A stretch of DNA of 29,327 nt from Cyanobacteria bacterium J06626_4. GTDB lineage: Bacteria > Cyanobacteriota > Cyanobacteriia > Phormidesmidales > Phormidesmidaceae. A program made the position numbers and the translations under genes. Within the stretch, counting starts at the first letter, position 1. Each line of letters begins with the position of its first letter. Below the pieces are notes generated by a model that worked only from the letters and a program-made list of their open reading frames with translations, was not told the origin of the DNA and ran no database searches. Below are positions 28,857 through 29,327 of the stretch, one piece after another. The stretch covers positions 1-29,327 of the forward strand of contig JBCBJQ010000071.1 of NCBI GenBank assembly GCA_038523235.1, read 5' to 3'.

Positions 28857-29327
28857 AGCCTTCGGCGGCAGATCGCCTGCCCTGGATAGCGCCAGTTCTT
28901 GAAGTAGCAATTCCCCCCAGGCCACTGCTTTCGCGTGGTGTTCTTTTAGGTCAGAAGGGTCTCCTACAAACATGATATCTCGCAATTGATCGTATATGGG
29001 GCCTGGAAGATCTCGCTGAAGATAACGCATCCCGAAGTCCCAGCGTGTGGAACAATATCGCATGCGAAGCAGTTCCACGAGTGGCTTAAGCGTGTACCCC
29101 CAAAACGCGGCAAGGGCTTCCGCCTCTTGGCCGCGATAGATCGCCTTTTGGACAAAACTCTGACTCACGGAAAACCACTCTTCGAGGTCTTGACTGCGCT
29201 CGGCCCGGCGAGTTTCCTGCGAGTCCCTTTCTGAGGGCTGAAACCGTAGCCACTCCCCTTTGTCGAAGAGTGGCTGCAACTTCCCGTGACGTTCAAGGTC
29301 GAGATACTCGCCATAGGCTCCTTTTTG
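28851..29327 (-). CDS. 3' part of a cassette-borne gene, probably the C-terminal helical part of a nucleotidyltransferase-domain protein
   Basis: Frame open to the window edge; KAIYRG..EAL, PLVELLRMRY, DFGMRYLQRDLP; ends in the attC site. Confidence 0.6.
   Translation of the reverse strand, partial: QKGAYGEYLDLERHGKLQPLFDKGEWLRFQPSERDSQETRRAERSQDLEEWFSVSQSFVQKAIYRGQEAEALAAFWGYTLKPLVELLRMRYCSTRWDFGMRYLQRDLPGPIYDQLRDIMFVGDPSDLKEHHAKAVAWGELLLQELALSRAGDLPPKAG

Overview
Cyanobacterial DNA, judged from dense HIP1 GCGATCGC octamers, PEP-CTERM proteins, a CcmM homologue and short tandem repeats. Most of the window reads as a zinc-starvation (Zur) cluster. Five near-identical Zur-type boxes (TGATAATNATTATCA-like) precede: a hypothetical gene; an FAD-oxidoreductase/FeoB-like pair; two PEP-CTERM proteins, divergent from a hisI variant and a short one-SSUL ccmM paralogue; a Zn-independent hemB operon, divergent from a zur-like regulator; and a thrS paralogue. 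Downstream of thrS are small Cys-motif proteins, a DUF1636-like protein and a His-rich RcnA/NiCoT-type transporter. The window opens with the 3' end of a Cys-rich, His-free metallothionein-like peptide that the ORF track missed. About 11 kb in the middle holds a DJ-1/PfpI gene, a CHASE histidine kinase and a Dpp/Opp-type ABC transporter + amidohydrolase operon. Its intergenic spacers are G-rich/C-rich repeat arms, and one pair of arms encloses an antisense four-helix-bundle gene. Mobile DNA comprises two MITE-like elements, one well-formed attC site and one degenerate attC-like site, with no integrase in the window. All family assignments come from motif recognition, not database searches.
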